Part shown: positions 1 through 14,004 of the stretch, piece after piece
Numbering within the stretch: the first letter of the stretch is position 1
Layout of the letters: each line of letters starts with the position of its first letter
Assembly (NCBI GenBank): GCA_964016885.1
Contig: OZ024749.1
Location: forward strand, 36,332,001-36,396,000
DNA: 64,000 bases
Source: Eledone cirrhosa
Taxonomy: Eukaryota
Direction: 5' to 3'
Made by a program: the position numbers and the translations under genes
The notes under the pieces: model-generated
Seen by the model: the letters and a program-made list of their open reading frames with translations, nothing else
The model's database searches: none
What the model was told of the DNA's origin: nothing

Positions 1-640
1 TCAACAATATCAACATCAATATCAACAATATCAATATCAACAATATCAACATCAATATCATCAATATCAACATCAACATCAACAATATCATCAATATCAA
101 CATCATCAACAATATCAATATCAACATCAACATCAACAATATCATCAATATCAACATCATGAACAACATCATCAATATCATCAACAATATCATCAATATC
201 AACATCAACAACAATATCAACAACAATATCAACAACAATATCAACAACAATATCAACAACAATATCAACAACAATATCAACAACAATATCAACAACAATA
301 TCAACAACAATATCAACAGCAATATCAACATCAACAACATCAACATCAACATCAACATCAACATCAACATCAACATCAACATCATCATCATTATCAACAT
401 TGACAGCATTATCAATATCAACAACAATAATATACCATCATCATCATCATCATCAATATCAACATTGACAGCATTATCAATATCATCAACAACCAAATAT
501 ATCAATCAACAACATAAAACTTCAAGCCATAACAACAACAACAACCATAATAACTAACTACATCAAACAATAACAACAACAGTAATATCAAACTTCAACC
601 TATAACAGCAACATCAACAAAAATATCAACCACCAATAAA
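1..640. repeat. AAC/ATC/AAT compound microsatellite
   Basis: (aacaatatc)-type repeats. Confidence 0.9.
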
Positions 641-1200
641 ACATCGACCATCAGCCATCAAAAAGAATTTTTGCTTAATTAAAAAGAATTTTTGAGATCA
701 CGTTCTAATTCTTTGTTGTTGATGTCATAGTTGTAGTTGTGGTAGTAGTTTTGGTAGTTGTAATGTTAGTGGTGGAGGTTGTGGTGGTAGTAGATATACA
801 TTTGTATGCTTACTAGCTGGACCTGTACATGTTAACACAAGATAGACAGGAGTACCACATTTTGAAATGATTGGGTGTGTTGTGTGGTTTGAAATAACAT
901 TTGACAGCTATTTCTACCAGGTCAAGCAACCACATGTATGTGTGTAGAAATATATGGTTCTGGTGAGAGGGGTCAAACGTAGGTTTATGGATTATGTTTG
1001 CTTGAGTTAGTGGATAAGGCAGTTGATCTTTGTGAGACACACATACACTCCATTGTATTTGGTTGGTATTGTAGCATTCAATCTGAGACCATATACATTA
1101 TCCACTATCCATTAGCAGAACTGGTGGCCCTTAATGGGTTCCTCTGATCATGGAGTTTTCTCTCCAACTCATAAGCCTGGATAGGATGTATTGTGGAAGA

Positions 1201-1838
1201 GCAGTAGTGCTGATGCCACGATAAAATGCACCCAATACTCTCTGTAAAGTGGCAGTGCTGGTGCCATGATAAAATGCACCCAGTATTCTCTGTAAAGTGT
1301 CAGTGCTGGTCCTATGATAAAATACACCCAGTACTCTCTGTAAAGTGGCAGTGCTGGTCCTATGATAAAATACACCCAGTACTCTCTGTAAAGTGGCAGT
1401 GCTGGTTCTATGATAAAATATACCCAGTACTCTCTGTAAAGTGGCAGTGCTGTGCCTTAAGATAAAATACACCCAGTACTCTCTGTAAAGTGGCAGTGCT
1501 GGTGTCACAATAAAATGCATGAAGTACATTCTGTAAAGTGATAGTGCTGATGCCACAATAAAATGCACCCAGTTCACTCTGTAAAGTGGTAGTGCTGGTG
1601 TCACATTACAAAGCACCCAGTCCACTTTGCAAGGTATTAGTGTTTGTGTCATGATGAAATACACCTAGTCCACTCTGCAAAGGGGTTGGCATCAGTAAAA
1701 GCATTCAGCTGTAGAAACCATGCCAAAATGAAACATGAGTCATTAACCTGTTTGTCTTTGGACTGTGACAACCTGTCCAACCCATGCCAGTGTAGAAAAT
1801 AGACATTAAACAGTGATGGTGGTGATGATGATGATGAT
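1201..1838 (+). mobile_element. RTE-type 3' end with a 48-bp unit amplified about 10 times
   Basis: Tandem cagtgctggtgccatgataaaatgcacccagtactctctgtaaagtgg (1201-1690), then cagctgtagaaacc...acccatgccag...(gat)n as in the other RTE tails. Confidence 0.75.
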
Positions 1839-2123
1839 ACTGACATTTCTTTCTTCATCTCCCCCACCCACCACCCACCACCACCATCACTGCCACTTCT
1901 TACCATCCATCTTCTCTTTTCTCTGTTCTTTGGAAGATGAAATAACAATGTTTCTTCTCCTCACATCTATGTTGTTTCTCCATTTAAACTTGAAAAGAGT
2001 TGAGGGTCAGCCATGAAAGAAACCTGTGGAGGTGGGGGGGGGGTGAGTTGTGGTGGTGGCGGTAGTGAAAGGTCACCATTTTGAGGTCAACTTTCAATGT
2101 TTACTACATAACACAGGACAGTC

Positions 2124-2181
<58 letters not shown>

Positions 2182-2204
2182 TTCTCTCTTTCTCTCTTTC
2201 TCTC

Positions 2205-2257
<53 letters not shown>

Positions 2258-2549
2258 GATTGGTTAACCAATTCTTGTGTGACTGTTGTGTTGTTAAGTA
2301 GTATTTTGTTTGGCAAACTTCCATCTGGGTGGGGGATGTAAATGATGGGAAGACAACAGCAACAACAAGAACAACAACGTCGTTAGTCCAACTGGTGATG
2401 ATGGTGAGATGGCAGTGATAACAACAGTAACAACAACAACATCAACAAGACATTTGTCTAAATAATTGAGGTGAGATCAGTAACAGCACAAATGATAATA
2501 ACATTAACAGTAACAACAGCACAACTCCACAACTAATAACCACAGTAAC

Positions 2550-2604
<55 letters not shown>

Positions 2605-2749
2605 GGCAACAACAGCAACAATGAATAACTACAACAGTATCAACAATAGCAATATTGTCTGTCTGAAAGGTTTCATCAAGTTTTTCTCCAAATAACAAAT
2701 CTTTGTTCAACATTGTTATTACCTATAACTTTATATATGTATAAACACA

Positions 2750-3290
2750 CACACACACACTCAAGTACACACACACACACTCAAGTACACACACACGCAC
2801 TCAAGTACACACACACGCACTCAAGTATACACACACAAGCACACACGTACACTCAAGTACACGCACGCACTCAAGTACACGCATGCACTCAAGTACACGC
2901 ATGCACTCAAGTACACGCACGCACTCAAGTACACACACACACTCAAGTACACACACACACTCAAGTACACACACACACTCAAGTACACATACACACACTC
3001 AAGTACACACATACACACACTCAAGTACACACACACACACTCAAGTACACACACACTCAAGTACACACAAACACTCAAGTACACACAAACACTCAAGTAC
3101 ACACAAACACTCAAGTACACACAAACACTCAAGTACACACAAACACTCAAGTACACACAAACACTCAAGTACACACAAACACTCAAGTACACACAAACAC
3201 TCAAGTACACACAAACACTCAAGTACACACAAACATTCAAGTACACACAAACACTCAAGCACACACACACACTCAAGTACACACACACAG
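2750..3290. repeat. 18-bp minisatellite
   Basis: actcaagtacacacaaac repeated about 28 times. Confidence 0.92.
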
Positions 3291-4087
3291 TACACACACA
3301 TTCACACATACTTTTTCAATATTGATACCTATATAAATATATATATATATATATATAAACACATATAAACACACATATACATGCACTTACACACATACAT
3401 ATGTACACACACACATACATATGTACACACACACACACACATATGCACACACACACATGTGTGTGTGTGTGTGCATATGTACATATATATATATATATGT
3501 ACACACATACTCATATGTACACATTCATATATATACACACACACACACACACATATCCTATACACATTAAACATATCTCATCTGATCGACATTGATCTCT
3601 TTACCCCTTATATTTCACCCTTCACCTATTCCTCCCTTTCTCTTCTCTTGCTCGCTCTCCCCCTCTCCCTTGCCCGCTCTCTCCCTCTCCCTTGCTCGCT
3701 CTCCCCCTCTCCCTCTCCCTTGCTCGCTCTCCCCCTCTCCCTCTCTCATTTACTCTCACTCCTTTTCTTTTTCTACAATGATCTCTTTACCCCTTATATA
3801 TTTCACCCTTCACCTACCCCTCCTCTGCCGCTTGCTCTCTTTCATCTCTCTCCCTCTCTCCTCTCCATCATCTCTCTCCCTCTCTTCTTTCCTTCATCTA
3901 TCTCCCTCTCTTCTCTCCTTCATCTATCTCCCTCTCTCACATAGAGGCAATATTTCTTTTACATGTTCAGTGGATGAGAAACCAATATCATTCTGGATAG
4001 GGTGCTAGCTGCTCCATGGTTACTTCACTAACACTTCAAACAACAATATTATACTGGGATCTGTTTAACCAGACTGACCAGTTGATC

Positions 4088-4915
4088 ATTGCCACCACTA
4101 TTATCACAAATACTGTCACCACCACCACTACCACCACCACCACCACCATCATCACAATAACTGTTGCCACCACCACCACTATCATCATAAATACTACCAC
4201 CACCACCACTGTCATCACAACTACTGTTGCCACCATCACCACCATCATCACAACTACTGTTGCCACCATCACCACCATCATCACAACTACTGTTGCCACC
4301 ATCACCACCATCATCACAACTACTGTTGCCACCATCACCACCATCATCACAACTACTGTTGCCACCATCACCATCATCACAACTACTGTTGCCACCATCA
4401 CCACCACCATCATCACAATAACTGTTGCCACCACCACCACTATCATCATAAATACTACCACCACCACCACCACCACCACTATCATCACAACTACTGTTGC
4501 CACCATCACCACCATCACCACCATCATCACAACGACTGTTACCACCACCACCACCACCACTATCATCACAAATACTGCCACCACCACCATCACAACTACT
4601 GTTACCACCACCACCACCACCACTATCATCACAACTACTGCCACCACCACCACAACTACTGCCACCACCACCACAACTACTGCCACCACCATAACTACTG
4701 CCACCACCACCACCACCACCACCACCACCACCACCACCACCACCACCACCACCACGACGACGACCACCACCACCACCACCACCACCACCACGACCACGAC
4801 CACGACCACGACCACCACCACTACCACCACCACCACCACCGTCACCACCACCACCACCACCACCACGACCACCACCACTACCACCACCACCATCACCACC
4901 ACCGTCACCACCACC
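4088..4915. repeat. ACC-rich micro/minisatellite
   Basis: (acc)n with a 33-bp higher-order unit. Confidence 0.9.
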
Positions 4916-4959
4916 ATTATACTGGGAGCTGTTTATTCCCCCACCAACTGGTCATGTTA

Positions 4960-6110
4960 GTTCTTGGCTACTTAACATTATTGTTAGGTCTATTTACACA
5001 CCATTGACCAGTGGAAAAGAGAAAGTACAGGGAGGTGACCACTTAACAACAATAGGATTTGTAAGGTCTGTATACACAGTCTGACTAATGGTGGTAGTCC
5101 TGGTGATATCACTACAACAACAGTATTGGGGGGGGGGGTTATTTTACTAACACTGACCACTTGTGGTGGTAGGGTGGTTACTTAACTTATTGACCAGTTA
5201 AGGTGGTGGTAGTGGTGGGGTGGCTACTTAGCAACAACAACAACAGCAGTATTGGGGGGGTTTACCATTGACCACTGCTGGTGGTGATAGTGGTGGTGGG
5301 GTGGTTACTTAACTTATTGACCAGTTAAGGTGGTGATAGTGGTGGGGTGGCTACTTAGCAACAACAACAACAGCAGTATTGGGGGGGTTTACCATTGACC
5401 ACTGCTGGTGGTGATAGTGGTGGTGGGGTGGTTACTTAACTTATTGACCAGTTAAGGTGGTGATAGTGGTGGGGTGGCTACTTAGCAACAACAACAACAG
5501 CAGTATTGGGGGGGTTTACCATTGACCACTGCTGGTGGTGATAGTGGTGGTGGGGTGGTTACTTAACTTATTGACCAGTTAAGGTGGTGATAGTGGTGGG
5601 GTGGCTACTTAGCAACAACAACAACAGCAGTATTGGGGGGGGGGTTTACCATTGACCACTGCTGGTGGTGATAGTGGTGGTGGGGTGGTTACTTCACAAC
5701 AACAACAGTAACAACATTGTGAGATCTTTGACCAGTTGTGGTGGTGATTACTTAACTTCATTGGAAGGTTTAACATTGACCAGTGATGGTGGTAGTGGTG
5801 GGGCAGTTAACATGTTGAGATCTATTTAACATTGACCACTCTTGGAGGTGGTGGCGGTGGTGGTGGCTACTTAACAACAACAACAGTATTGGTAGGTCTA
5901 TTTAGTTAACATTGACCACTCCCAATGGTGGTGGTAGTGGGGTGTCTACTTAACAATAGTATTCTGAGGTTTATTCAACTAACATTGACCACCCATGGTG
6001 GTGTTGGTGGGGTGGTTACTTAGCAACAACAACAGTAGTATTGGAAGGTCTATGTAACTAACATTGACCTCTCTTGGAGGTGGTGGTGGTGGTTACATAA
6101 CTATAACAAC
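4960..6110. repeat. Degenerate ~60-65-bp satellite with a homogeneous 4 x 127-bp core
   Basis: The ctt motif after ggtta recurs at 5181, 5308, 5435 and 5562. Confidence 0.85.
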
Positions 6111-6344
6111 AATAATTCCATTATAGTTCCTATTGGGATTTTCTTATTTTGCCAAGAGAATAAACATACAGTAGTATGTGTATGTGTGTATGCATGTGCT
6201 TGTAATTGTGTATCAGTGTGTATGCATGGATGTATGTGTGTCTGTATGTGCTTGTATGTGTGTATGCAAGGATGCATGTATATCAACATCATCATCGTTT
6301 AACGTCTATCTTCCACGCTAGCATAGGTTTAGAATATATATATA

Positions 6345-6688
6345 TCATTTCATCATCATTTCATTTTATGTTCGTTTTTTCCCTGCTTGCAAGGGTAGGA
6401 CGGGAACTGATTCTGGCTTGATTTCTACAGCTGGATGCCCTTCCTAACACCAACCTCATTTACAGTGAGTGCTGGGTGCTTTTTTGCCGTGGCACCTCCA
6501 CGACCACTTTGCAGTGGAATGATAGGGACCCCAGTCCCTATCATCTCATTTCTACAGCTGAGTAAACTGGAGCAATGTGAAATAAAGTGTCTTGCTCAAG
6601 GAAACAACACATCACCCGGTCTGAGTATTGAACTCACAACCTTTCGATTGCAAGGCCAATGCTCTAACCACTAAGCCATGTGCCTCCA
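6345..6688 (-). mobile_element. tRNA-derived SINE with RTE-derived 3' tail (family A)
   Basis: Minus strand has A box TGGCTTAGTGG, B-box-like GAGTTCAAT, central ccttgagcaagacacttta block, RTE tail and (GAT)n. Near-identical copies at 11655 and 36161. Confidence 0.9.
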
Positions 6689-6700
6689 TATATATATAAG

Positions 6701-7853
6701 TTGTTATACTTGGGGAGGGTCATATTTGTGTAATAATGTTGCCAGAAATAATAACAGAACAGAACACACTCACTGTTTGGTTGGTTTTCGCCTCTGTGTC
6801 TTTTATATCGGTTAATTTAATTTATTCGGTCCTCAATGTTACCATTGACTGACCAACGGTCAAAAATACAGATACAATATAGACACAAACACACATATAT
6901 ATAGTCTAACAAAGTTCTTTCATTGCACATCTGCAACATCATCAGTGGTGCTATTATGTTTCCTCCCGTTGCATTGTATGCCTACGCCATCTTTATTTAG
7001 TCTGTTTATTTATTTATTTATTTGTTTTTGTTTTTTTTTGTCTTCTCTGCGCATGCGTTTGCGTGTGTGTATAGTGTTTTGTTTGATGTGTGTTCGTGTT
7101 TGGGTGACTGTGTATTGGTTATTGTATTCTATCTTAGTTTACTAGTGTGTGTTTATATGTGTTTGTTGTTATTGTGCTTGTGTATGTATGTATTTATTTA
7201 TTTATTTATACTTCTCTTAGGTCAGTGTTGTTTGTTTGGGTGTTGTTGTTATTCCATTCATTTTTTCTGTTTAGCCTTGGCCTTCTAAGTTCTATATAGA
7301 ACTTAGAAGTATAAATAAATAAATACATACACAAGCACAATAACAACAAACACATATAAACACACACTAGTAAACTAAGATAGAATACAATAACCAATAC
7401 ACAGTCACCCAAACACGAACACACATCAAACAAAACACTATACACACACGCAAACACATGCGCAGAGAAGACACAAAAAACAAATAAATAAATAAATAGA
7501 CTAAATAAAGATGGCGTAGGCATACAATGCAATTGGAGGAAACATAATAGCACCACTGATGATGTTGCAGATGTGCAACGAAAGAACTTTGATAGACTAT
7601 ATATATGTGTGTTTGTGTCTATATTGTATCTGTATTTTTGACCGTTGGTCAGTCAATGGTAACATTGAGGACCGAATAAATTAAATTAACCGATATAAAA
7701 GACACAGAGGCGAAAACCAACCAAACAGTGAGTGTGTTCTGTTATTATTTCTGGCAGCATTATTACACAAATATGACCCTCTCCAAGTATAACAATATTT
7801 GTTTCGACACACATTTCATATAAAAAACCTCGCAAAACTAATTCATCGCCATT
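6701..7853 (+). mobile_element. Large fold-back element (Penelope-like inverted pLTR architecture)
   Basis: Inverted arms 6701-7215 and 7305-7795, unpaired tail 7796-7853, (TA)n on both sides. Hammerhead-like core at 7556-7583. Confidence 0.75.
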
Positions 7854-8971
7854 TATATATATATATATAAATTTTAGTACAGCATTGACGAAGCTCTAGT
7901 ATACGGCCAAGCTAGCGTATATGCATATTCGGTTTGTAGCTTTAGCACTCAGATGAGGTAAGACCCCAGAGTAATAACATTATGTTCAAACAGCTTAGCA
8001 AATCAGATATAGCGGTCGGCAGTCCAGCCGCATCACTAGAGCAACGAAAATACATGACCCAGGAAAAGATTTTATTCTGACCTGGACATAACGGTGAGGC
8101 TGAGTGTAAAATATATAACTTACATCGTGTATCCACAATATAGATCACAATATCACATCCAACATCAGCGCTAAGTTTCTGTAAATCCAAGATTGACAAA
8201 TTCCTATTGCAGGAGTCTGCAATATAATGGTTTTTGACGACAGAACATAGGATTTACTTCTTCAGCAAGTCTTTCGTTCTTAGTCAAAGCGGGTATGTTG
8301 TAACTTTAAAGGTCGCCACAGACATGTGGTTTTCTCCAAGGGAGGTAACCCCCGATACCTACATGTGTTTGTGTAGCAGATGTAGAGAGAGGTGGGGGCA
8401 GGAGTGTGATGTACAGTTTAATGTGGTGTATGTATGTGTGTATGTAGTAGTAGTAGTAGTAGAAAGGTATAGAAATGAGAGAGAGAGGGGGGAGGGCAGA
8501 AGGCAGAGATGTTGTTTGTTGATGTGGTGTGTCACCTTAGGGTTGGTAGCTTTTATCTCATCTGTCTTGGTGTGGTGAAGAAGATTCTGGGATAAACTGT
8601 CACAGGATGGTGGTGGTGGTGGGGGGGGGGGGGGGGATAGTGGTTTGGGGGGGGGGGGGGGTGAGAGTAGTGATGGCAATGGTGGTGATGATGGTAGTGG
8701 CGGCAGTGGTGGTGATGATGGTGGTAGTAGTGATGGTGGTGGTAGTGATAGCAGTGAAGGTAGTGATGGCGATGATGATGATGATGATGTGGAAGTGGTG
8801 GCGTTTAACAAAGCGCAATATGTTTAACACCAATTATTATACATGGTGGTGTAGTGAGATGTTGTTTATGACATTGATACACAGGCTATATAATATATAT
8901 ATATATATATATATACACAAGTGTGTGTGTGTGTATATATACACACACACACACGTGTTTATATATATGTG

Positions 8972-9045
<74 letters not shown>

Positions 9046-9331
9046 AGTGTTGTACCACACACACACACACAGGAAGAAGCCCTCTACATTAAAACAGTTA
9101 TAATCTGTCAGTAATCTATTTAATGTGGAGGGGGGGGGGGGTAATAGATGGTTATATTGTTTGCTTACAGTAAATGTCTTTAACCTTACCCCCCCCCCCA
9201 CTCTGCCCCCCTCCTCTCTCTCTATCTCTCTCACTATCTATCTATCTTATCTGTCTGTCTAACACTAATCTGACTATCACTGTCTCTTTCCTAATGTCCC
9301 AACAGCAATATATAGTTTGATATTGGCTTAT

Positions 9332-9368
<37 letters not shown>

Positions 9369-10249
9369 CATATATACACACTCACACACAGACATATACA
9401 CACTCACGCACACATATACACACTCACGCACACATATACACACTCACGCACACATATACACACTCACACATACATATACACACATACACATACATATATA
9501 CACTCACGCACACATATGCACACTCACGCACACATGCACAGCCATGCACTCACACACAAATATACGCACATAAATATGCACACACATACACAGTCACTCA
9601 CACATATATACACAGTCACGCATACACACACTCGCATATTTACACACATACACACACACTCACACATTTACACACACACACTCACACATATATACGCACA
9701 TACACACACTCACATATACACACATACACACACTCACATATACACACATACAGTCACACATACACACATACACACACTCACACATATATACACACACATA
9801 CACTCACACATATATACACACATACACACACTCACACATATATACACACATACACACACTCACACATATATACACACATACACACATATATACACACATA
9901 CACACACTCACACATGAATACATACATGTCTGTATGTGTATATCTGTAAAGGTGTTCAATTACTGAGATTTCCTTCAAACGACAAAGTAGTTAGAAATGT
10001 ATGTTGAGGACTATATGTTTATGGTTGTGTGTTGTCTAGAAGTGTGTGTATATAGATGTGTTTTACAGGTGTGTATATTATTTACGTCTCTCTCTCTCTC
10101 TCTCTTTGTCTGAAGTTGTGTACATATATTTCTATATAAACATGTCTCTTGATTTATAACATGTTACTGTTGATGTTGTTGTTGATGTAATTCCGAAGAA
10201 ACCATATATATCAAAGAAATTCTTCCATCAATCTCTGTTATTCCTCGCT

Positions 10250-10950
10250 CGCTCTCTCTCTCTCTCTCCTCCCCATCACTCTCTCTCTCTCCTCCCCATC
10301 ACTCTCTCTCTCTCCTCCCCATCACTCTCTCTCTCTCCTCCCCATCACTCTCTCTCTCTCCTCCCCATCATTCTCTCTCTCTCCTCCCCATCATTCTCTC
10401 TCTCGCCTCCCCATCATTCTCTCTCTCGCCTCCCCATCATTCTCTCTCTCTCTCTCCTCCACCCCATCACTCTCTCTCTCTCTCTCCTCCACCCCATCAC
10501 TCTCTCTCTCTCTTCCTCCTCACCACTCTCTCTCTCTCTTCCTCCCCACCACTCTCCCTCTCTTCCTCCCCACCACTCTCTCTCTCTTCCTCCCCATCAC
10601 TCTCTCTCTCTCTCCTCCCCATCACTCTCTCTCTCTCTCCTCCATCACTCTCTCTCTCCTCCCCATCTCTCTCTCTCTCCTCCCCATCTCTCTCTCTCTC
10701 CTCCCCATCTCTCTCTCTCTCTCCTCCCCATCACTCTCTCTCTCTCCTCCCCATCACTCTCTCTCTCTCCTCCTCCCCATCACTCTCTCTCTCTCTCCTC
10801 CCCATCACTCTCTCTCTCTCTCCTCCCCATCACTCTCTCTCTCTCTCCTCCCCATCACTCTCTCTCTCTCTCCTCCCCATCACTCTCTCTCTCTCTCCTC
10901 CCCATCACTCTCTCTCTCTCTCCTCCCCATCACTCTCTCTCTCTCTCCTC
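10250..10950. repeat. Polypyrimidine minisatellite
   Basis: ctccccatca(ct)n units of about 22-24 bp. Confidence 0.9.
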
Positions 10951-11163
10951 CTCATCTCTTTTTTCTCCATATCTCTCTCTCCCTCTCCCTCTCTCTCCCC
11001 TCTCCTGCTTCTCTTGTTAAATAATCCTTCCATTGATATTCATTCATTCATCTCAATCAAATACACAAATTTATTTCCACTTAACTTTCTTCTCGCTTTT
11101 CTCTCCAGCTTTCTGTCTTTTTTATTTATTTATTTACTTCCTTTCTTACTACTTTCATGGACG

Positions 11164-11215
<52 letters not shown>

Positions 11216-11586
11216 ATATAGTTTGTGCATATGTGTGTGTGTTGACTGTAAGTTGTGTCAAAACTATTTTTAAATATGAGCTATTCAGCGATAATATTGT
11301 TACATGTACATGAAGGTATATATATATATATATGTATGTATATCTATGTGTGTGTATGTATGTATGCATATATATATATATATATTAGGGTGTTAAGCTC
11401 ATGGTCGTGTGTTCGATTCCTCGACTGGACATCTTGTTATATTCTGGAGCATGATACCTTATTTCCTGTTGCCCCAGTCCTCTCAACTGAAAAAAAAAAT
11501 TCAGTTATGATAACACTATGATAACCAAGCTGTATCAGCTTTTTCCTTTGTCACATCATATATAATATATATGTGGTATATATAGA

Positions 11587-11624
<38 letters not shown>

Positions 11625-11654
11625 TCATCATTTCATTTCATTTATATATATATA

Positions 11655-11998
11655 TCATCATCATTTCATTTCATTTTACGTCCGCTTTTTCCCTGCTTCC
11701 AAGGGTGGGACGGGAACTGATTCTGGCTTGATTTCTACAGCTGGATGCCCTTCCTAACACCAACCTCATTTACAGTGAGTGCTGGGTGCTTTTTTGCCAT
11801 GGCACCTCCACGACCACTTTACAGTGGAATGATAGGAACCCCAGTCCCTATCATCTCATTTCTACAGCTGAGTAAACTGGAGCAATGTGAAATAAAGTGT
11901 CTTGCTCAAGGAAACAACACATCACCCGGTCTGAGAATTGAACTCACAACCTTTTGATTGCAAGGCCAATGCTCTAACCACTAAGCCATGTGCCTCCA
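11655..11998 (-). mobile_element. tRNA-derived SINE family A
   Basis: Near-identical to 6345-6688, inserted in (TA)n. Confidence 0.9.
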
Positions 11999-12010
11999 CA
12001 TATATATATA

Positions 12011-12195
12011 TAGAAGTGGTTACACAACAGTTAGTTCAGCATACCGAGAACAATTGTTTCACCTTAGCGGATCTTCAGCTCGCTAAGGTGAAACAATTGT
12101 TCTCGGTATGGTGAACTAACTGTTGTGTAACCACTTCTACCTAACTCGTCTGAGTGCTCTACTACTATGGATATTACCTTCCGGTGTTCTACCAC
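12011..12195 (+). mobile_element. Short fold-back element with hammerhead motif
   Basis: Arms 12011-12069 and 12081-12139, 56-bp tail, (TA)n flanks. Homologous to 60213-60351. Confidence 0.8.
12045..12082 (-). ncRNA. Minimal type I hammerhead ribozyme motif
   Basis: Minus strand cgag CTGAAGA t cc gctaa gg t GAAAC aatt GTT ctcg. Palindromic loop III. Confidence 0.65.
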
Positions 12196-12221
12196 TATAT
12201 ATATATATATATATATATAAA

Positions 12222-12378
12222 GAAAATGTTTAACCCCGACACCAGAGCTCAAGCCGTCGAAATGGCTTGAGCTCTGCCGTCGGGGTTAAACATTTTCCTA
12301 TGACCCACTCTACTACCCTAAGTATCGGGTACTCTGGTGCGTTATGGTCCATCTGGTTCCTTACCACACCTCCTTCGT

Positions 12379-12379
<1 letters not shown>
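12222..12379 (+). mobile_element. Short fold-back element (family of 22720 and 51737)
   Basis: Arms 12222-12255 and 12264-12297, ~82-bp tail, (TA)n flanks. Confidence 0.8.
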
Positions 12380-12409
<30 letters not shown>

Positions 12410-12625
12410 ATATGGATTTCGATGACCCAGGTGCCAAGTTGTATTAGTCTTTCTTTCATTTGGACAACATCATTCATAGCATAGCGAAGGTAAACTGGCA
12501 GGTATGAACAACTACTTGTCTTCAACAAGACACCTTACACTGCCTTGTGACTCAGGGAGGAACTTTCATTGTATCAACCCATGGTCAGTCCTGGTTGAAG
12601 GAGGTCTAGGAAGATATATGTATAT

Positions 12626-12782
12626 CCTTTTAGCATTTAAACCATCCATATCTGGCCAGAATTCTCTCACCTTTTTCTGTTCAAACTCGCTGTAACCAGT
12701 TGTTCATACTTATGTTAAGGTTTTGTATAATTATGTAAGATAAAAAGTCTTTACCACAAAAACAATAGTAAATGCTAAAGGG
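12626..12782 (+). mobile_element. piggyBac-type MITE, internally deleted copy
   Basis: ccttttagcattta...taaatgctaaaggg-TTAA with the same interior. Confidence 0.8.
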
Positions 12783-13315
12783 TTAAAGGTGGACATGTTC
12801 GAGACCATTGAAAAGTGAAGAGAAATCATAGACATAAATTTAATTTTTAGGACTCAGGTTGCTGGTTTATGGTTAAAAGATTTTATTTTGAACTTAAATG
12901 ATGCAATTATGCACATGATGGAAGAAATGTGACAGAGCTGCTTATAGGAATCAAACTATATATCTGTTGCTAACCAGTCAACTGTATAGATCACAGCATT
13001 AAGTTGACCTGACAGATTTGTAACATCATATATATGTGTGTGTGTATGTGTATATATGCATATATATATACATGTGTTTGTGTATATATATATATATATA
13101 TATGTACATATATATATATGTGTATGTGTATATATATATGTACATATATATGTGTATGTGTATATATATATGTACATATATATGTGAATGTATATCTCTC
13201 TCTCACTCTCTCTCTCTCTCTTATATGAGTGTGTGTATATATGGGCATATATATGTGTGCATATATATATGTATGTGTGCATGTATAAATACATGTGTGT
13301 GTGCACGCGTGCATG

Positions 13316-13348
<33 letters not shown>

Positions 13349-13699
13349 TTCTATATTTATGCAAACATAAATTGAAAAACTTATTGGAAAGAACAAAAGA
13401 TAAAGGGGAAGTGGAGTTGTGTGGTGTAAAAATGTGAGATCAACAACAACTATATTATAATTATGCTAATTATGATGTTTTTGAGTTCAAGTGTTATGCT
13501 TCAAACAACCTTAACTATCAAATGATATCAAAGACATAATTGAAATATTTCTCATAAATCAAGTTTGAGCGTAACATCATCATCATTATCAGGCCAACTA
13601 GGTTGCCACTTGGGGCACATCACTCAACTTAAATCATCAAACATACACTGTGTTCTACCATTGATATTATTTACACACTGACACACATGCCCAGTGTTG

Positions 13700-13955
13700 T
13701 AATGAGGCAATGCTGGTGCTATCATAAAATGCACTCAGCTCACCATGTAAGGTGATAGTGCTGATGTCATAGTAAAATGCACCCAGTCTACTCTGTAAAG
13801 TGGCTGGTGTTAGGAAGGGCATGCAGCTGTAGAAAACAAGCCAAAATCAGACCATACATGCAAGGCATGGTTGGTCACTTGACTCATCTAGGTTCATCCA
13901 GTACATGACAACAAATTTAATCCATGGAAAATAGCCAGGAAACAGCAATGGTGAT
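13700..13955 (+). mobile_element. Degenerate RTE/SINE 3' tail
   Basis: Two 48-bp units followed by ggtgttaggaagggcatgcagctgtagaaa. Confidence 0.7.
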
Positions 13956-13957
13956 CT

Positions 13958-14004
<47 letters not shown>

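Noticed and set aside
7940-8360. Possible CR1/L2 LINE 3' end (SFCKSKIDKFLL)
   Set aside because: Only a short motif resemblance with in-frame stops nearby, which is insufficient to call.
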